DNA of 37,805 bases from a virus. Its lineage: Duplodnaviria > Caudoviricetes. The notes under the pieces were generated by a model that was given only the letters and a program-made list of their open reading frames with translations, had not been told where the DNA came from and made no database searches. Positions 9,401-18,454 of this stretch are shown here, piece by piece; position 1 is the first letter of the stretch; every line of letters starts with the position of its first letter. The stretch covers positions 1-37,805 of the IMG/VR virus record IMGVR_UViG_3300033067_000568; one strand, 5' to 3'. The position numbers and the translations under genes were made by a program.

Positions 9401-11424
9401 ACGCCCAAATCATCGAGCGTCTGCGTTACCGTCTCGGCAGTTTTAACACCTGAACCTGTAATCATACCGATTGAGGCTGATACCGTGGCTTCTTTCCAGT
9501 TGATAGGGTCGCTCAACGCGATGTTTCCAACAACCGCCTGACTAAATTCCTGTGCGCCTTCCAATGTTCCGGCGGTCAAAACTTGTAGAATCTTCGGTCC
9601 TTTATCACCAAAAACACCGAATCGGTTTAACACAACGTCCTGCGGCAAATTACCCCAAAATGTCGCTGTGGCTGATAACGACGCGCTCTTTTCGCCGTAA
9701 CCGTTCTCGATGGCTTTCTTATATGTGTCACCGGAGTTGACAATTTCTTCCAAGATGGTCGATGTTCCGACACCGATCCAACGGGCGATAGACGGGGCAA
9801 TTTTGGCGATCTGAACACCCTTTGAAATGCCAAGCCCCGGAATAAAAAACGTAGACATCGAGCCAAGCCCTTCGTAAACTTGGTCAAGATACGTGGAATC
9901 TTCAACGGCATAAAAATCCTTGGCTGTCTTGCCCCATTCCTCAAACGCCTTACCGACTTCTTTCGCGCCAAGCCATTCAAGGCCGCTTCCGAAACTTTCA
10001 ACCGTTCCAGAAGCGCCACGCGCAATACCTTTTAACGCCCTCTGGATAGGTTCAAACGAAATCTCCCTCTCTCGCTTCGGGTCAAATACCTTGTCGTCCG
10101 GACCAAGCGGTGCTTGCGGATAGGTCTTATTATACTGCGCCCTTAAGACAGCTTCGGATGCTTCTTCAGGTTTTTTACCTTCGTCCAAATATGTCGTATA
10201 ATTGCTCAACGCATTAGCCAGCTCGCGCACATCGGATTCGTTGGCGATGTTCCAATTCTTGATTATCGGTATTTGTGTCCAAATTGAATTATCGCGGACG
10301 TTCTTTTGCTTGGTCAGAATATCCGTCAGACGGTTAATTTTTCGAGATTCTTGGCTGCTCATCACATTATCGGCCATCGAATCAACCAAAATTTGTTTGG
10401 CCTTAAATGCCTCAACACCGCTTAAAACTTCCTCTACAGCTTCAACGTATTTTTCAGCCGCCTCATTATCTTCTTTAAAACGGTCAATGTTATCTGACTG
10501 GGCCTTTGCCATGTCTTTCATCAGCTTGTTGCCCTTAACAACTCCTATGCCACCTTCTTCCGGCTTGTAGGACGCCGCTTGGATTTCTTCAATCGTCAAA
10601 TTACCGTTGATAAACTTATCGTTCAGGTCATATTCCAGATCGCGGCTGGAGTCTTTGAACATACCTTCAATTTTCTTCTGATCTTCTTGGCTTATTTTAT
10701 CTTTCTTAGAAGTCAAATATGCTGAGGCCGCCTGACCGTCCTTATTATCGAGCATAGCTGCAATAACACGAGCGTATGTCTGACTGGCACTCTTGGCGAT
10801 CTCACCTTCGATGACAGGAACGGGTATTCCATTGCGATAACCATAATTTATTAATTCTTGACGCTGTTTGAAAACCGACTGTTCAACCAAACCTTCCGGT
10901 CCGATATCCATATAATTCAACGCCGCTACGCCTTGGGCGTTCTGGATATATGCCTTGCTCAAGTCATCTTCATATTTCTTGGATTGTTCCGTAACGTGGT
11001 TCTGCGTCACGCGGTACAGGTCTGAACTTTTAACGGCTTTAATACGGTCAAACTTCGCCTTCTGCTGATCGTTCGAGAGTCCTTGACGTATCTTGTCCGT
11101 CCTCGTTTTCCATTCTTTTTCAACGTAATCCGGCGCGCCCATAGCGTTCTGACCAAGCCAATCCCTTTTCAGAGATGTCTGGATGTCCGTGAACACATTC
11201 GACATTTCAAGGTCAGAACCAGTGACACGCACATCATCTGCGTCCTGTTTCTGCTTGGCTATAATACCAGACACGTCGTTAACCAGCCCTTGCGCTGCAT
11301 GGGTGGTCTGCTGTACCTCTTGACCGCCACCGAACGCACTCAGAGGCTGTTCTGTATTAACGCGCGCCCCTGGTAACGGCGCTGTACGGACTGATGTTTC
11401 ACGACTGACTGGTACTGTAGGCAT
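6493..11424 (-). CDS. Large internal virion (DNA ejection/polyvalent-type) protein, 1643 aa, with an internal ART-like domain
   Basis: Lies between the tail tubular and fibre genes and is largely helical. MPTVP... N-terminus typical of podovirus ejection proteins; YFPRR and LKSYSIKQLD motifs in the C-terminal half. Confidence 0.75.
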   Translation of the reverse strand: MPTVPVSRETSVRTAPLPGARVNTEQPLSAFGGGQEVQQTTHAAQGLVNDVSGIIAKQKQDADDVRVTGSDLEMSNVFTDIQTSLKRDWLGQNAMGAPDYVEKEWKTRTDKIRQGLSNDQQKAKFDRIKAVKSSDLYRVTQNHVTEQSKKYEDDLSKAYIQNAQGVAALNYMDIGPEGLVEQSVFKQRQELINYGYRNGIPVPVIEGEIAKSASQTYARVIAAMLDNKDGQAASAYLTSKKDKISQEDQKKIEGMFKDSSRDLEYDLNDKFINGNLTIEEIQAASYKPEEGGIGVVKGNKLMKDMAKAQSDNIDRFKEDNEAAEKYVEAVEEVLSGVEAFKAKQILVDSMADNVMSSQESRKINRLTDILTKQKNVRDNSIWTQIPIIKNWNIANESDVRELANALSNYTTYLDEGKKPEEASEAVLRAQYNKTYPQAPLGPDDKVFDPKREREISFEPIQRALKGIARGASGTVESFGSGLEWLGAKEVGKAFEEWGKTAKDFYAVEDSTYLDQVYEGLGSMSTFFIPGLGISKGVQIAKIAPSIARWIGVGTSTILEEIVNSGDTYKKAIENGYGEKSASLSATATFWGNLPQDVVLNRFGVFGDKGPKILQVLTAGTLEGAQEFSQAVVGNIALSDPINWKEATVSASIGMITGSGVKTAETVTQTLDDLGVASEFMDSIKALPGGKERGSVVNPFNSGEEPINIQPSENQKAMFEGKEIKVLNESVEATTEDLVINPDKVKNIIGPAFIQDGKVYGGKFDLEKNANHADIFVRENLDQDKAKPGFLTKNNEFVYQYKEDIPQSTNPADFKTAEEYVAAKAKEYFPVEKIKHKSGVVEADYRGNHTAPTADSGSPLYDLSGTYPDDVYSGKAAQYYGHYGQNHPDDMQTVSIMQQYRNKPDKVITIYRAIPKDSKSTFTAGDWVSINRNYAKEHGESQLNGEYKIISKTVSARDIFTNGDSIHEWGYDPQPYLPAKEKPFHQIEGYRRKAYREKLTAEWEVAQKTNPEAIRTNFLKNQSGHIVIPNIPKIGADGQTAKDFHEWVDAAFVPLSTRLAKISKTLRDSMRKFEYLVRAETSESLKIIEPFLNKYSELNPADAKALDLALKNSDHKVVDEIVSRNGIIEEYEAVRNELNKIYIRARQAGMDVGYLDLYFPRRVIDAEAFMNYLRNGEQWSQIENLIKEEQVRIGELLNNEEKVEFINKLLRGFAKGEIRLSRPSNTKARKIETVDGQMNVFYKNSTTALHEYVSSMNNAIESRKFFGMDGKDVDKSIGKYTHELMEKGLISHKDEAEVKKIMEARFKQRGTRGWVSLWKNTAYIYTMGSPVSALSQINDLASSLFENGIYSSGVGLAKAISGKGVKTSDLHLDRIAEEFVDQSKIGDMVQKLFRVIGFSKMDSLLKETFINGAMNKLSKQANANDPALIQELNRVFGEESAQTLDDLKNENPTENVKYLLFSRLLDYQPVTVSEMPEYYAKGGNMRIAYMLKSYSIKQLDVYHNKIFMEMKNNPKKAMIDLVRFSMALAVMGASTDVIKDLLLGRPIRPSDLVIDNILRLIGFSKYTIYKAKREGLRSAVLSTIAPPFPVIGDLYSDLQSKRGVDNYKVWSGLPLIGKFYYWWFGGGRQYLDNKKKKKRTRLDF

Positions 11425-11743
11425 TGTGCAACTCCATATGATGTTTTCTACATAGCCATTGAACGGCTAAAGGCTTTGAATAATCTTCGTGATGTTTCTG
11501 TGCTTCTTCAGAGCATCCAAAAACTTCGCAAGGCTGCGGTATCAATTTTCCCCTACGCTGATAAACATTCGCATAAGAACGTGAACGCATTTTAAAACGA
11601 GCATCACCTTGCAATTTATGCGTTTTTCTCCAATGGCGCATATTTGCATTGTGGCAATCAACACACCAATGATGATTTTCGCGTTGAGGCCGAAGGTGAC
11701 ATTTTACACATGTTCCACGTTCAACATTCACATCCTGCATCAA
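11399..11743 (-). CDS. HNH-like endonuclease with Zn finger
   Basis: CxxC...CxxC N-terminus followed by RGKL..QPCE..C...HHEDYSKPLAVQWLCRKHH..LH. Confidence 0.7.
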   Translation of the reverse strand: MMQDVNVERGTCVKCHLRPQRENHHWCVDCHNANMRHWRKTHKLQGDARFKMRSRSYANVYQRRGKLIPQPCEVFGCSEEAQKHHEDYSKPLAVQWLCRKHHMELHNAYSTSQS

Positions 11744-12267
11744 ACAACCCCTTGTTTCTTGTATTTATAATAATCCATCGCCCCACCGCCGACATCGCGG
11801 GCGAACTGTAAACCGCCGGTCAATAACGTCTGGTTCTGCTTAAATTTCGAGGATATTCCGGAAAAACGTGCTTGTGACGCATAATCCTGTGCCTGAACCC
11901 TATAACCCCACGCCTCGCGCCATGCGTTATTCCGTATCGTGGTAACATCCTCCGCACCCAAGCCGGCGGTGTCCTGCTGAATCAGATCCGAGGTGTCAGA
12001 ATTCACATCCAAACCCTGCGCGGCCAACGCCGCCCTTTGCGCGCCGATGACCTGACGTGTCTGACGTTTCTTCGTGGCAACGTCTTTTTCACCACGCACA
12101 ACGGCATCGGATGCCTGTAAACGTGCAATCTCAGCGTTGAAATTTAACTGATTCTGCTCGTATTTCCCTTGCGCCTTCTGCGCTTGGTACTGCGAATAGG
12201 TGTTCGCCGCGGTCCCTATGGCATTGGCACCTGTCGATAACGCAAATAATCCGCCTGTTATTCCCAT
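11740..12267 (-). CDS. Small internal virion protein
   Basis: Gly/Ala-rich N-terminus and IGAQRAALAAQGLDV ... TIRNNAWREAWGY motif. Directly downstream of tail tubular B. Confidence 0.75.
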   Translation of the reverse strand: MGITGGLFALSTGANAIGTAANTYSQYQAQKAQGKYEQNQLNFNAEIARLQASDAVVRGEKDVATKKRQTRQVIGAQRAALAAQGLDVNSDTSDLIQQDTAGLGAEDVTTIRNNAWREAWGYRVQAQDYASQARFSGISSKFKQNQTLLTGGLQFARDVGGGAMDYYKYKKQGVV

Positions 12268-12268
12268 A

Positions 12269-14749
12269 TTATCCCCTAACTGGTATCATACCGACCGGCG
12301 TGATCGATAATATCGATGCCGGTATCGGGTCAACCTGCCTTATAAAACATCGTCCGCCCAAATTCCATGTGGCGTCGATATTAACTTCAACGGGCCCGGT
12401 CATTAAATTCACCGCGGAATCATAGCCTTCTGAATCACGCAATTTCGCCTCGTACAAATTCTGCAACGGGTCATCGTCATCATCGTCCGGGGGCTGTTGG
12501 CCAACGAATAAACCGCGTGTTTCTTCGACCATCAGAACGACTTTCCCGATTAATTTGCGTTTGTCAATCATCGTTTCGCCGTTCGTGGAATCCAAGTCTA
12601 GGGTCTGCAAATCGGAAATATACGGCAAACCAACGTGTATGACGCCATACGGCTTATCCAGTGTGATTGCGCCACCTGTGACCGTGACCGTGGTGTACGA
12701 CGAATTATTCGGGCTGGCAACAACGAACTCATCGGCGAATATCGCGACTTCCTTGCCCTCCAAATGTCCTAAGCCGGACAACTCATCAACCGCGTCTGTC
12801 CAAACCGCTGTGGCGGTACTCCTGAGCGTAACCGGAACGGTTTTATGTGGCGTTCCGGTAACGACTGTCGCGCTCGAATATGCACCGATCGTGAACCGTA
12901 TCAAATCTCCTGTGGCATCGTACAGAAATATCTGGTTTCCGACATCGCCGGCCACGAACTGCGAGGCTGAGGCGGTCAGTGTCAGCGTTTCGTCATACGC
13001 CCAAGTTGTGCCACCGGATAACGTCATGGTCGTGGCGGTTGTATTACGGCCATCATACGTCAACGCGGAATCCAGGAACACAGCATCAATAATATCCGCG
13101 ATCTTGCGCGTGTACTGGCGTTCGATATACCGAAGGTCCGTTCCGTTAATCGGGCGTTTGATGATCGCGTACATCGCGTCCTCAGCGCCCTCTGGAACAA
13201 CGCACAGACGTTCCGGCTCTCCGTCCGTATCGTGCCTATGCCACGCCCATACCTGATGTTCCTTGACATATGTCATTGCTATCAAACTTCGCTCATCTGT
13301 GACATTATCTTCCAAAATAACCCATATGACAGAATTTGGGTTTTCCTGATAAACTATGTCAACAACTGTAAATCCTTCGAACAAATGTGACGCAAATATG
13401 GTCAAATCGGAGTCCTTGTAACCTTCGATGGCATCCGACAACAGATCGCGAACAACATTCCCGCGCGCCTGAACATAAACGATGGAAGTTCCAACGATGA
13501 CCGGCGTGACGATCGAAGCACCGCGGTACGCCCGTGTTTTCGGATTTACTTGGCCAGGCCGTATAATTCCAGCGCTATCGCCTTCAGCATCCCATATCGA
13601 ACCGCTGGTGAACACGATCATACGCTCCAAATCGATGATATGCCTGACCTCGTTGTACTGCCGGCCTGGAACGGAGAACGTAACGGCGTCATCGTCCTGC
13701 AACGGTGTGCTGTAGGTAAAATTCTTAAAATTGGCTGACTTGCCCATCCAAATCTTTTCGGGATAATTTGTGGTGTTTCCGAACGTCAGACGTTGCTGAA
13801 CATAGGCAGAGACGGCAGGATAATTGCTCGAACCAGAAAATGGATCCCGCGCAGTTGGTGGGGTATCTTCAGCATCGGCTGTGATACCGTTATCAATAAA
13901 CGATGTCCCGATGGCAACGCCGATAAATCCATACACACCGTTGATTTTTTTATACACATTGTATTCCCCTGCCCCAGATGCCGCGGTCCATGATACCGTG
14001 ATCGGCGAACCACTCGAAGGTGTCGCGCTCGAACCCGTTGCCGAAGACTGCAAGCTCTCCTCGAACGTTTCGGAATTGACTGCTGTTATGACCCACTCCG
14101 TTACCGAACCAGCCGCGCCTGAATTGGTTGGTGATGTCGGTGCGGCCTGTGACGGAGCGAACACCACCAGCGATAACGTCCATGACGTATGACCGCTACG
14201 GCGTAATTCGCGCACCGCGTAACTCTTGTGCGTAAGCGTAACAACATCAAGCGACTGGTTGTATTTTATTGTCTCAAGGTTAGCTTCCAGATACGGGGTC
14301 GGTATTTCGTAGATACTACCCGTGAGGGGATACCAATACGTGGCATTTGGGGGCTGTTGGTTGGTGTGAGCCAAGATGCAATAATAATTTACACCCAATC
14401 GCGAAGCTAAATCTCCCACAACATACGCGGTGACGTTACTCCATGCAGTGACTCCAGAAACGGTTATCTGCACTCCATTCCGAATGAAACGGATATACTG
14501 ATCGCCGACCTCAAGAACATACGTTTGGTCAGAGTTGAACACAAACGGGATGAGAACCGAACGTTTGGTTGAATCCTTGGTTGAAACAATATATTTGAAA
14601 CCAGGACGGTTATCGGCACCGCCTTCTTTCTTGATAATAAAATTCCGTACGGTACGCATACCAGACTGATATTTAACCGTGTCGGTCCTTGCGTATAGAG
14701 CCGGGGCCAACTCACCAGATGCCAGTGATACCTGTTTTACTGCGGTCAT
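12269..14749 (-). CDS. Tail tubular protein B (nozzle)
   Basis: SLASGELAPAL.ARTD..KY, LIPFVF, YVLEVG..YIRF, YPAV...QQRL.F, QVWAWHRH and GLPY motifs. ATG at 14749 overlaps the upstream TGA. Confidence 0.92.
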   Translation of the reverse strand: MTAVKQVSLASGELAPALYARTDTVKYQSGMRTVRNFIIKKEGGADNRPGFKYIVSTKDSTKRSVLIPFVFNSDQTYVLEVGDQYIRFIRNGVQITVSGVTAWSNVTAYVVGDLASRLGVNYYCILAHTNQQPPNATYWYPLTGSIYEIPTPYLEANLETIKYNQSLDVVTLTHKSYAVRELRRSGHTSWTLSLVVFAPSQAAPTSPTNSGAAGSVTEWVITAVNSETFEESLQSSATGSSATPSSGSPITVSWTAASGAGEYNVYKKINGVYGFIGVAIGTSFIDNGITADAEDTPPTARDPFSGSSNYPAVSAYVQQRLTFGNTTNYPEKIWMGKSANFKNFTYSTPLQDDDAVTFSVPGRQYNEVRHIIDLERMIVFTSGSIWDAEGDSAGIIRPGQVNPKTRAYRGASIVTPVIVGTSIVYVQARGNVVRDLLSDAIEGYKDSDLTIFASHLFEGFTVVDIVYQENPNSVIWVILEDNVTDERSLIAMTYVKEHQVWAWHRHDTDGEPERLCVVPEGAEDAMYAIIKRPINGTDLRYIERQYTRKIADIIDAVFLDSALTYDGRNTTATTMTLSGGTTWAYDETLTLTASASQFVAGDVGNQIFLYDATGDLIRFTIGAYSSATVVTGTPHKTVPVTLRSTATAVWTDAVDELSGLGHLEGKEVAIFADEFVVASPNNSSYTTVTVTGGAITLDKPYGVIHVGLPYISDLQTLDLDSTNGETMIDKRKLIGKVVLMVEETRGLFVGQQPPDDDDDDPLQNLYEAKLRDSEGYDSAVNLMTGPVEVNIDATWNLGGRCFIRQVDPIPASILSITPVGMIPVRG

Positions 14750-15363
14750 CAATCCCTCGATCTGATGTAATCTGTGTCCGGTTCTTTTTCAGGCTGTTGC
14801 TCACCGATGGCGTTCGCCTTCGACTTCGATATGGACAGGAAATACGCGCGATAAGCACGTTCCCCAAGTTTGAACGGATCTCCGGCAGTTACACGCGGAG
14901 CGATATAAAATGCCAACAACAACGAAAATGCCATCACGAAGTCCGGCGCCCATTTGTCAGGGCTGTCAGACTTCTTGGAATACTCAAGCGTCGCGTCCTC
15001 CATGTCGGTCATTATCAGCGGACCGGTCGTATCTGATATTATTCGATACGGTATCCTAGAATCGTTGCTATCGTTACGCGTTCCGCTTGGTATTCGTATT
15101 GCCTTGGAACAGTCAGCTGGATAACGGTATGAGAACGCCCACTCAGCTCCGTCGACCTCACGCAAATCCTCGACCAACGCCAATGGCTCAATAACCGTCA
15201 GGTATGGATTCGGGAAATCACGCAAGGACTCCAACAGCGCATCGGAATAAAAGCGACGACACGCCTTAGCTTCGCCAGAACGTTCCGTTTCAACGTTGCC
15301 AATTTCCAACGATGAACCAAGGTGCGACAACGCCATGTTGCATATTCCGGTTTTATCTGCCAT
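14749..15363 (-). CDS. Tail tubular protein A (gatekeeper/adaptor)
   Basis: ICNMALSHLG, W.F.Y.YPADC and F..AF...LA..IA motifs; position upstream of tubular B. Confidence 0.88.
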   Translation of the reverse strand: MADKTGICNMALSHLGSSLEIGNVETERSGEAKACRRFYSDALLESLRDFPNPYLTVIEPLALVEDLREVDGAEWAFSYRYPADCSKAIRIPSGTRNDSNDSRIPYRIISDTTGPLIMTDMEDATLEYSKKSDSPDKWAPDFVMAFSLLLAFYIAPRVTAGDPFKLGERAYRAYFLSISKSKANAIGEQQPEKEPDTDYIRSRD

Positions 15364-15379
15364 ACCCTACCATTCGCGG

Positions 15380-15865
15380 TTAAATAACCGCTGCGTCAGA
15401 TGATTGTGATGTTGGTTCCTCAGCATTAACATCGTCAACGTCATCAAAACCGTCGCCGATTTTGCTGGTCATGCCAGGAATATTTAACTTATTCTGGAGA
15501 GTTCCTTTGCCGGCGTTTGTCTTGTTAAAATGCACTGGTTTTGTTTCCGGCGTATTGCTTTTGATCTTCTCCATCCACTTCTCAGAGAACTGCATCTCGG
15601 CAGTGATGATAGTCGTCTTGGTTTCCTTCTTAGGAACATCGCGCTTTAGTCCAACATCATAAACCATGACCGGCCTGTCGTTCTTGTCGAGAACGATAGT
15701 CGTGCGCTGTCTGACAATAGGACGCAAAAGGAAAACGTCACCGGCTCGGCGCCTCACATGATTATAATACCCGACAAACTTCTCAGGATCACCGATCGCC
15801 CTGACCCGCAACGTCTTTTTCAATTCTTTTTCTAACTGCTCATCACTTAATCCTTGAACTTTCAT
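15380..15865 (-). CDS. Hypothetical virion-module protein
   Basis: SD AAGGAG. RVRA...GYY...RR.GDVF motif common downstream of the capsid genes in BPP-1-like phages. Confidence 0.7.
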   Translation of the reverse strand: MKVQGLSDEQLEKELKKTLRVRAIGDPEKFVGYYNHVRRRAGDVFLLRPIVRQRTTIVLDKNDRPVMVYDVGLKRDVPKKETKTTIITAEMQFSEKWMEKIKSNTPETKPVHFNKTNAGKGTLQNKLNIPGMTSKIGDGFDDVDDVNAEEPTSQSSDAAVI

Positions 15866-15895
15866 TTTAGTTTTTCTCCTTGATTGAAAGTTTTA

Positions 15896-15923
15896 GCGGA
15901 CGCCCCCTTGCGAGAGCGTCCGC
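15896..15923 (-). terminator. Hairpin after the capsid/cement genes (leaky terminator or mRNA-stabilising stem)
   Basis: Minus strand GCGGACGCTCTC-GCAA-GGGGGCGTCCGC: a 12-bp stem with a GNRA loop and only a weak U tract. Confidence 0.55.
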
Positions 15924-15931
15924 ATTTAACA

Positions 15932-16363
15932 TTAACTGATCGTATACCCCTTGGCATAATGCGCCTGGAGGTCAGGACCATGACAGATAAACGCAGTCAC
16001 AGCACCAGCCGACAAATCACCGTTGTTCGGCGTGTAATACAACCGAATATAACGATAATTCGAAGCGAAATCAGGGCTGATGCGTGCAAAATACTTATTG
16101 CCAGCCGCAGCCAACGCCGGGATCGTGAACAACGTCTGTGAACCGTCCGGTGTGAACGATGTGGTGCTGTCACCTTCCAACGCAACTGTCAACGTCGAGT
16201 TGGATCCAGTGTCAGCGAACGTTGTGTCGATCATAACCCCGACGAACAGGTTTTCACCAACGCCGATGTTACGAGCGACGCCTAAGTCGATAATGTTCGT
16301 CGATGCTGCGGCAGCAGTAATTGCCTGGGCATCGGAGAACAGGTTTTGAGCGTCATGAATCAT
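15932..16363 (-). CDS. Bbp16-like capsid cement/decoration protein
   Basis: MI.D....FSDAQAITA.AASTNIIDLG ... RYIRLYYT motif, directly after the MCP. Confidence 0.88.
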   Translation of the reverse strand: MIHDAQNLFSDAQAITAAAASTNIIDLGVARNIGVGENLFVGVMIDTTFADTGSNSTLTVALEGDSTTSFTPDGSQTLFTIPALAAAGNKYFARISPDFASNYRYIRLYYTPNNGDLSAGAVTAFICHGPDLQAHYAKGYTIS

Positions 16364-16397
16364 AGTATTTCTCCTTTTAGATGTTCATTAAAATAAG

Positions 16398-17396
16398 TTA
16401 AACCAATGCTTCTGTTTCAAGGATCGCGTCGCACAAACGGATGGGAATACCGCGGAACGCGTATTCCATCTTACCGTCAACAACGTTGTAGGACAGCTGG
16501 CCGCCGGAAATAACATCATTACGGCGTAAGATATCCAACATTTCAATACAAGTTCTGTTCATGTAAAAAACAGGCTTGACCGAAGCGATGTTCGGGATGC
16601 GATAGATCGCCTTAATCATCAGCTCGATAATATCGGCAGCCGATGAAACGCCAACCAGATTCGATACGTCGATCGAACCGATACGCACGACATAGCGCCA
16701 ATCCTTGAGCGCGATACCGGCTTTCCACTGCCATCTGTCTTGGAACGCACGCATGCGGGTTCCGCCGATACCGGCTGTGCCAGTGATGGTCACTTCGCCG
16801 TAATTATCGTGCTTCAAACCTGCGATGCTTCCCTTCGGGAAAATACCGAAGATGCTGTTTGATCCCCAACCGACGAGCCAGATCGAGGTGTTATCGCTTC
16901 CGGATGCACCGGCGTCAATAACGTTCGAACCGTTGGTCGCGGCCGGATCTGAATAACGGGCAGCCAATCCGAGGAATTCCTCCGGCGCTGTTCCGCTATT
17001 CCCATAGAAGAACGTCTGGGCCATTTCCTGGTTCATGGCTTCGATGAACGCCATACCTTCGCTCAAACGGAACTCAGCCTGATTCCCGTTCAAGTTGGCC
17101 AATTCAACGTCCACTTCGCTCCAAGCCTCCAACATACCGCAACCTTCATCGATCTGGGCAGTTGTTGATTTGGATGACGCTGTTGCCTGGTTCAATAATC
17201 TCCACGCGACCGTAGGTAAACCGGTACGGACCGTGGTGCGTTCACCGGTAGGCAAGTTGCCCTGTTTCCAAAGAGCATCCCGAAGGATCTCGTTTGTCTG
17301 ACCCAACAACTCAACGATGGTCGGGACACTTCCATCGGGATCGAGGCGCTTTGCCCAATCGATCAATGTTAATACCGTTGCTCCCAGAGTAGCCAT
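16398..17396 (-). CDS. Major capsid protein (BPP-1 Bbp17-like)
   Basis: TL.DWAKRLDP, TTVRTGLP..AWR.LN, F.GLA.RY, TSIWLV.WG, DWRYVVRI and FRGIPIR..DA motifs. Confidence 0.95.
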   Translation of the reverse strand: MATLGATVLTLIDWAKRLDPDGSVPTIVELLGQTNEILRDALWKQGNLPTGERTTVRTGLPTVAWRLLNQATASSKSTTAQIDEGCGMLEAWSEVDVELANLNGNQAEFRLSEGMAFIEAMNQEMAQTFFYGNSGTAPEEFLGLAARYSDPAATNGSNVIDAGASGSDNTSIWLVGWGSNSIFGIFPKGSIAGLKHDNYGEVTITGTAGIGGTRMRAFQDRWQWKAGIALKDWRYVVRIGSIDVSNLVGVSSAADIIELMIKAIYRIPNIASVKPVFYMNRTCIEMLDILRRNDVISGGQLSYNVVDGKMEYAFRGIPIRLCDAILETEALV

Positions 17397-17417
17397 AGTT
17401 TTTCTCCTTGTTAAAAA

Positions 17418-18137
17418 TTATGTTTGCACGCCTGATGATTTCACAGTTCCTTCTCCGAAAAGCTTTTCTGCCGCAGATACAGGTTGTTTTTTCTGCCCAT
17501 GCGCGCCTGGCATTATCAACTGATCTTCGGACATTGCTTTCCCGATGCGATACAAAACCCTCATTAATTCCGGGTGATTACCGAAACGTCCTTGTTTCGG
17601 ATCATCAAGTATCGCATTAAACTCCGGCGTCCCATATTTCGCAAGGACACGTTTAGCGAGTTCTGTATTTTTGGCGAACTCAGCTCCACCGTATTCCTTG
17701 TCATTTTTAGCCGTGGCAACCCAAGAATCCTGCACCTCAGCCATCTTAGCCTGTGACTCGGCTTCGAAGGTCTGACGCGCTTCGGACAATACTTGGTTCT
17801 CTCTCTGCAACTGAGCTTCGGCCTGTTTCTGGCTCAATCCATGCTCCTTAGCGAAGGCTGCAATCTTGGCCACAGACTCATCACTCAGTACTGATTTCTC
17901 TGGTTTTGTCAACTTATATTCGGCCGGGGGTTTGTTACCTTCCGCGGCTTTGCGTTCAGCGGCAGCAGTTTCCTTGGCGATCTTCTTGGCTGACTCATAT
18001 GCGGTCTTGAGTTCCGTGTTGTCGGGATCTGCTTGGAACGCTTCCAAGGCAGCATCTGCTGCATCATACAGTTCATACGCTGATTTTACTTCGGCGGGTG
18101 GGGTGTTATCCTGTGCGCCTGGTATTTGTTCGCTCAT
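17418..18137 (-). CDS. Capsid scaffolding protein
   Basis: FAKEHGLSQKQA, D.EYGG and GNHPELMRVLYRIGKAMSED motifs, upstream of the MCP. Confidence 0.88.
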   Translation of the reverse strand: MSEQIPGAQDNTPPAEVKSAYELYDAADAALEAFQADPDNTELKTAYESAKKIAKETAAAERKAAEGNKPPAEYKLTKPEKSVLSDESVAKIAAFAKEHGLSQKQAEAQLQRENQVLSEARQTFEAESQAKMAEVQDSWVATAKNDKEYGGAEFAKNTELAKRVLAKYGTPEFNAILDDPKQGRFGNHPELMRVLYRIGKAMSEDQLIMPGAHGQKKQPVSAAEKLFGEGTVKSSGVQT

Positions 18138-18454
18138 AGCGGTTCTCCTTGCAATTCTTTTTCATATCCTGCGGTTAATAATTCGGCCAATGCCCTTTTA
18201 TCAACTTCAACGATCTTCCTTGCAACTGCGTGTCCTAGTTCCTGACGGCCAGCGTCACGGTGTATCGCGGCCGACGCGCTCCAGACTGACGAACATATCC
18301 TGCACTCCGCGAACAGCCATGCGATGAACCTTCTGAACTCAGGCATCGCCAACAGTGTTCTCATGTCGTTTTCGGCCTGTAACTGCGCGAGCCTGACCTT
18401 ATCGCCGGCCTTCTTGACCTGTTCCGGATCAGCTAAATTCTTAACGAGGCTCAT
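18134..18454 (-). CDS. Bbp19-like protein
   Basis: D...LL..PEFRRFI..L ... GRQELG motif between portal and scaffold. Confidence 0.75.
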   Translation of the reverse strand: MSLVKNLADPEQVKKAGDKVRLAQLQAENDMRTLLAMPEFRRFIAWLFAECRICSSVWSASAAIHRDAGRQELGHAVARKIVEVDKRALAELLTAGYEKELQGEPL

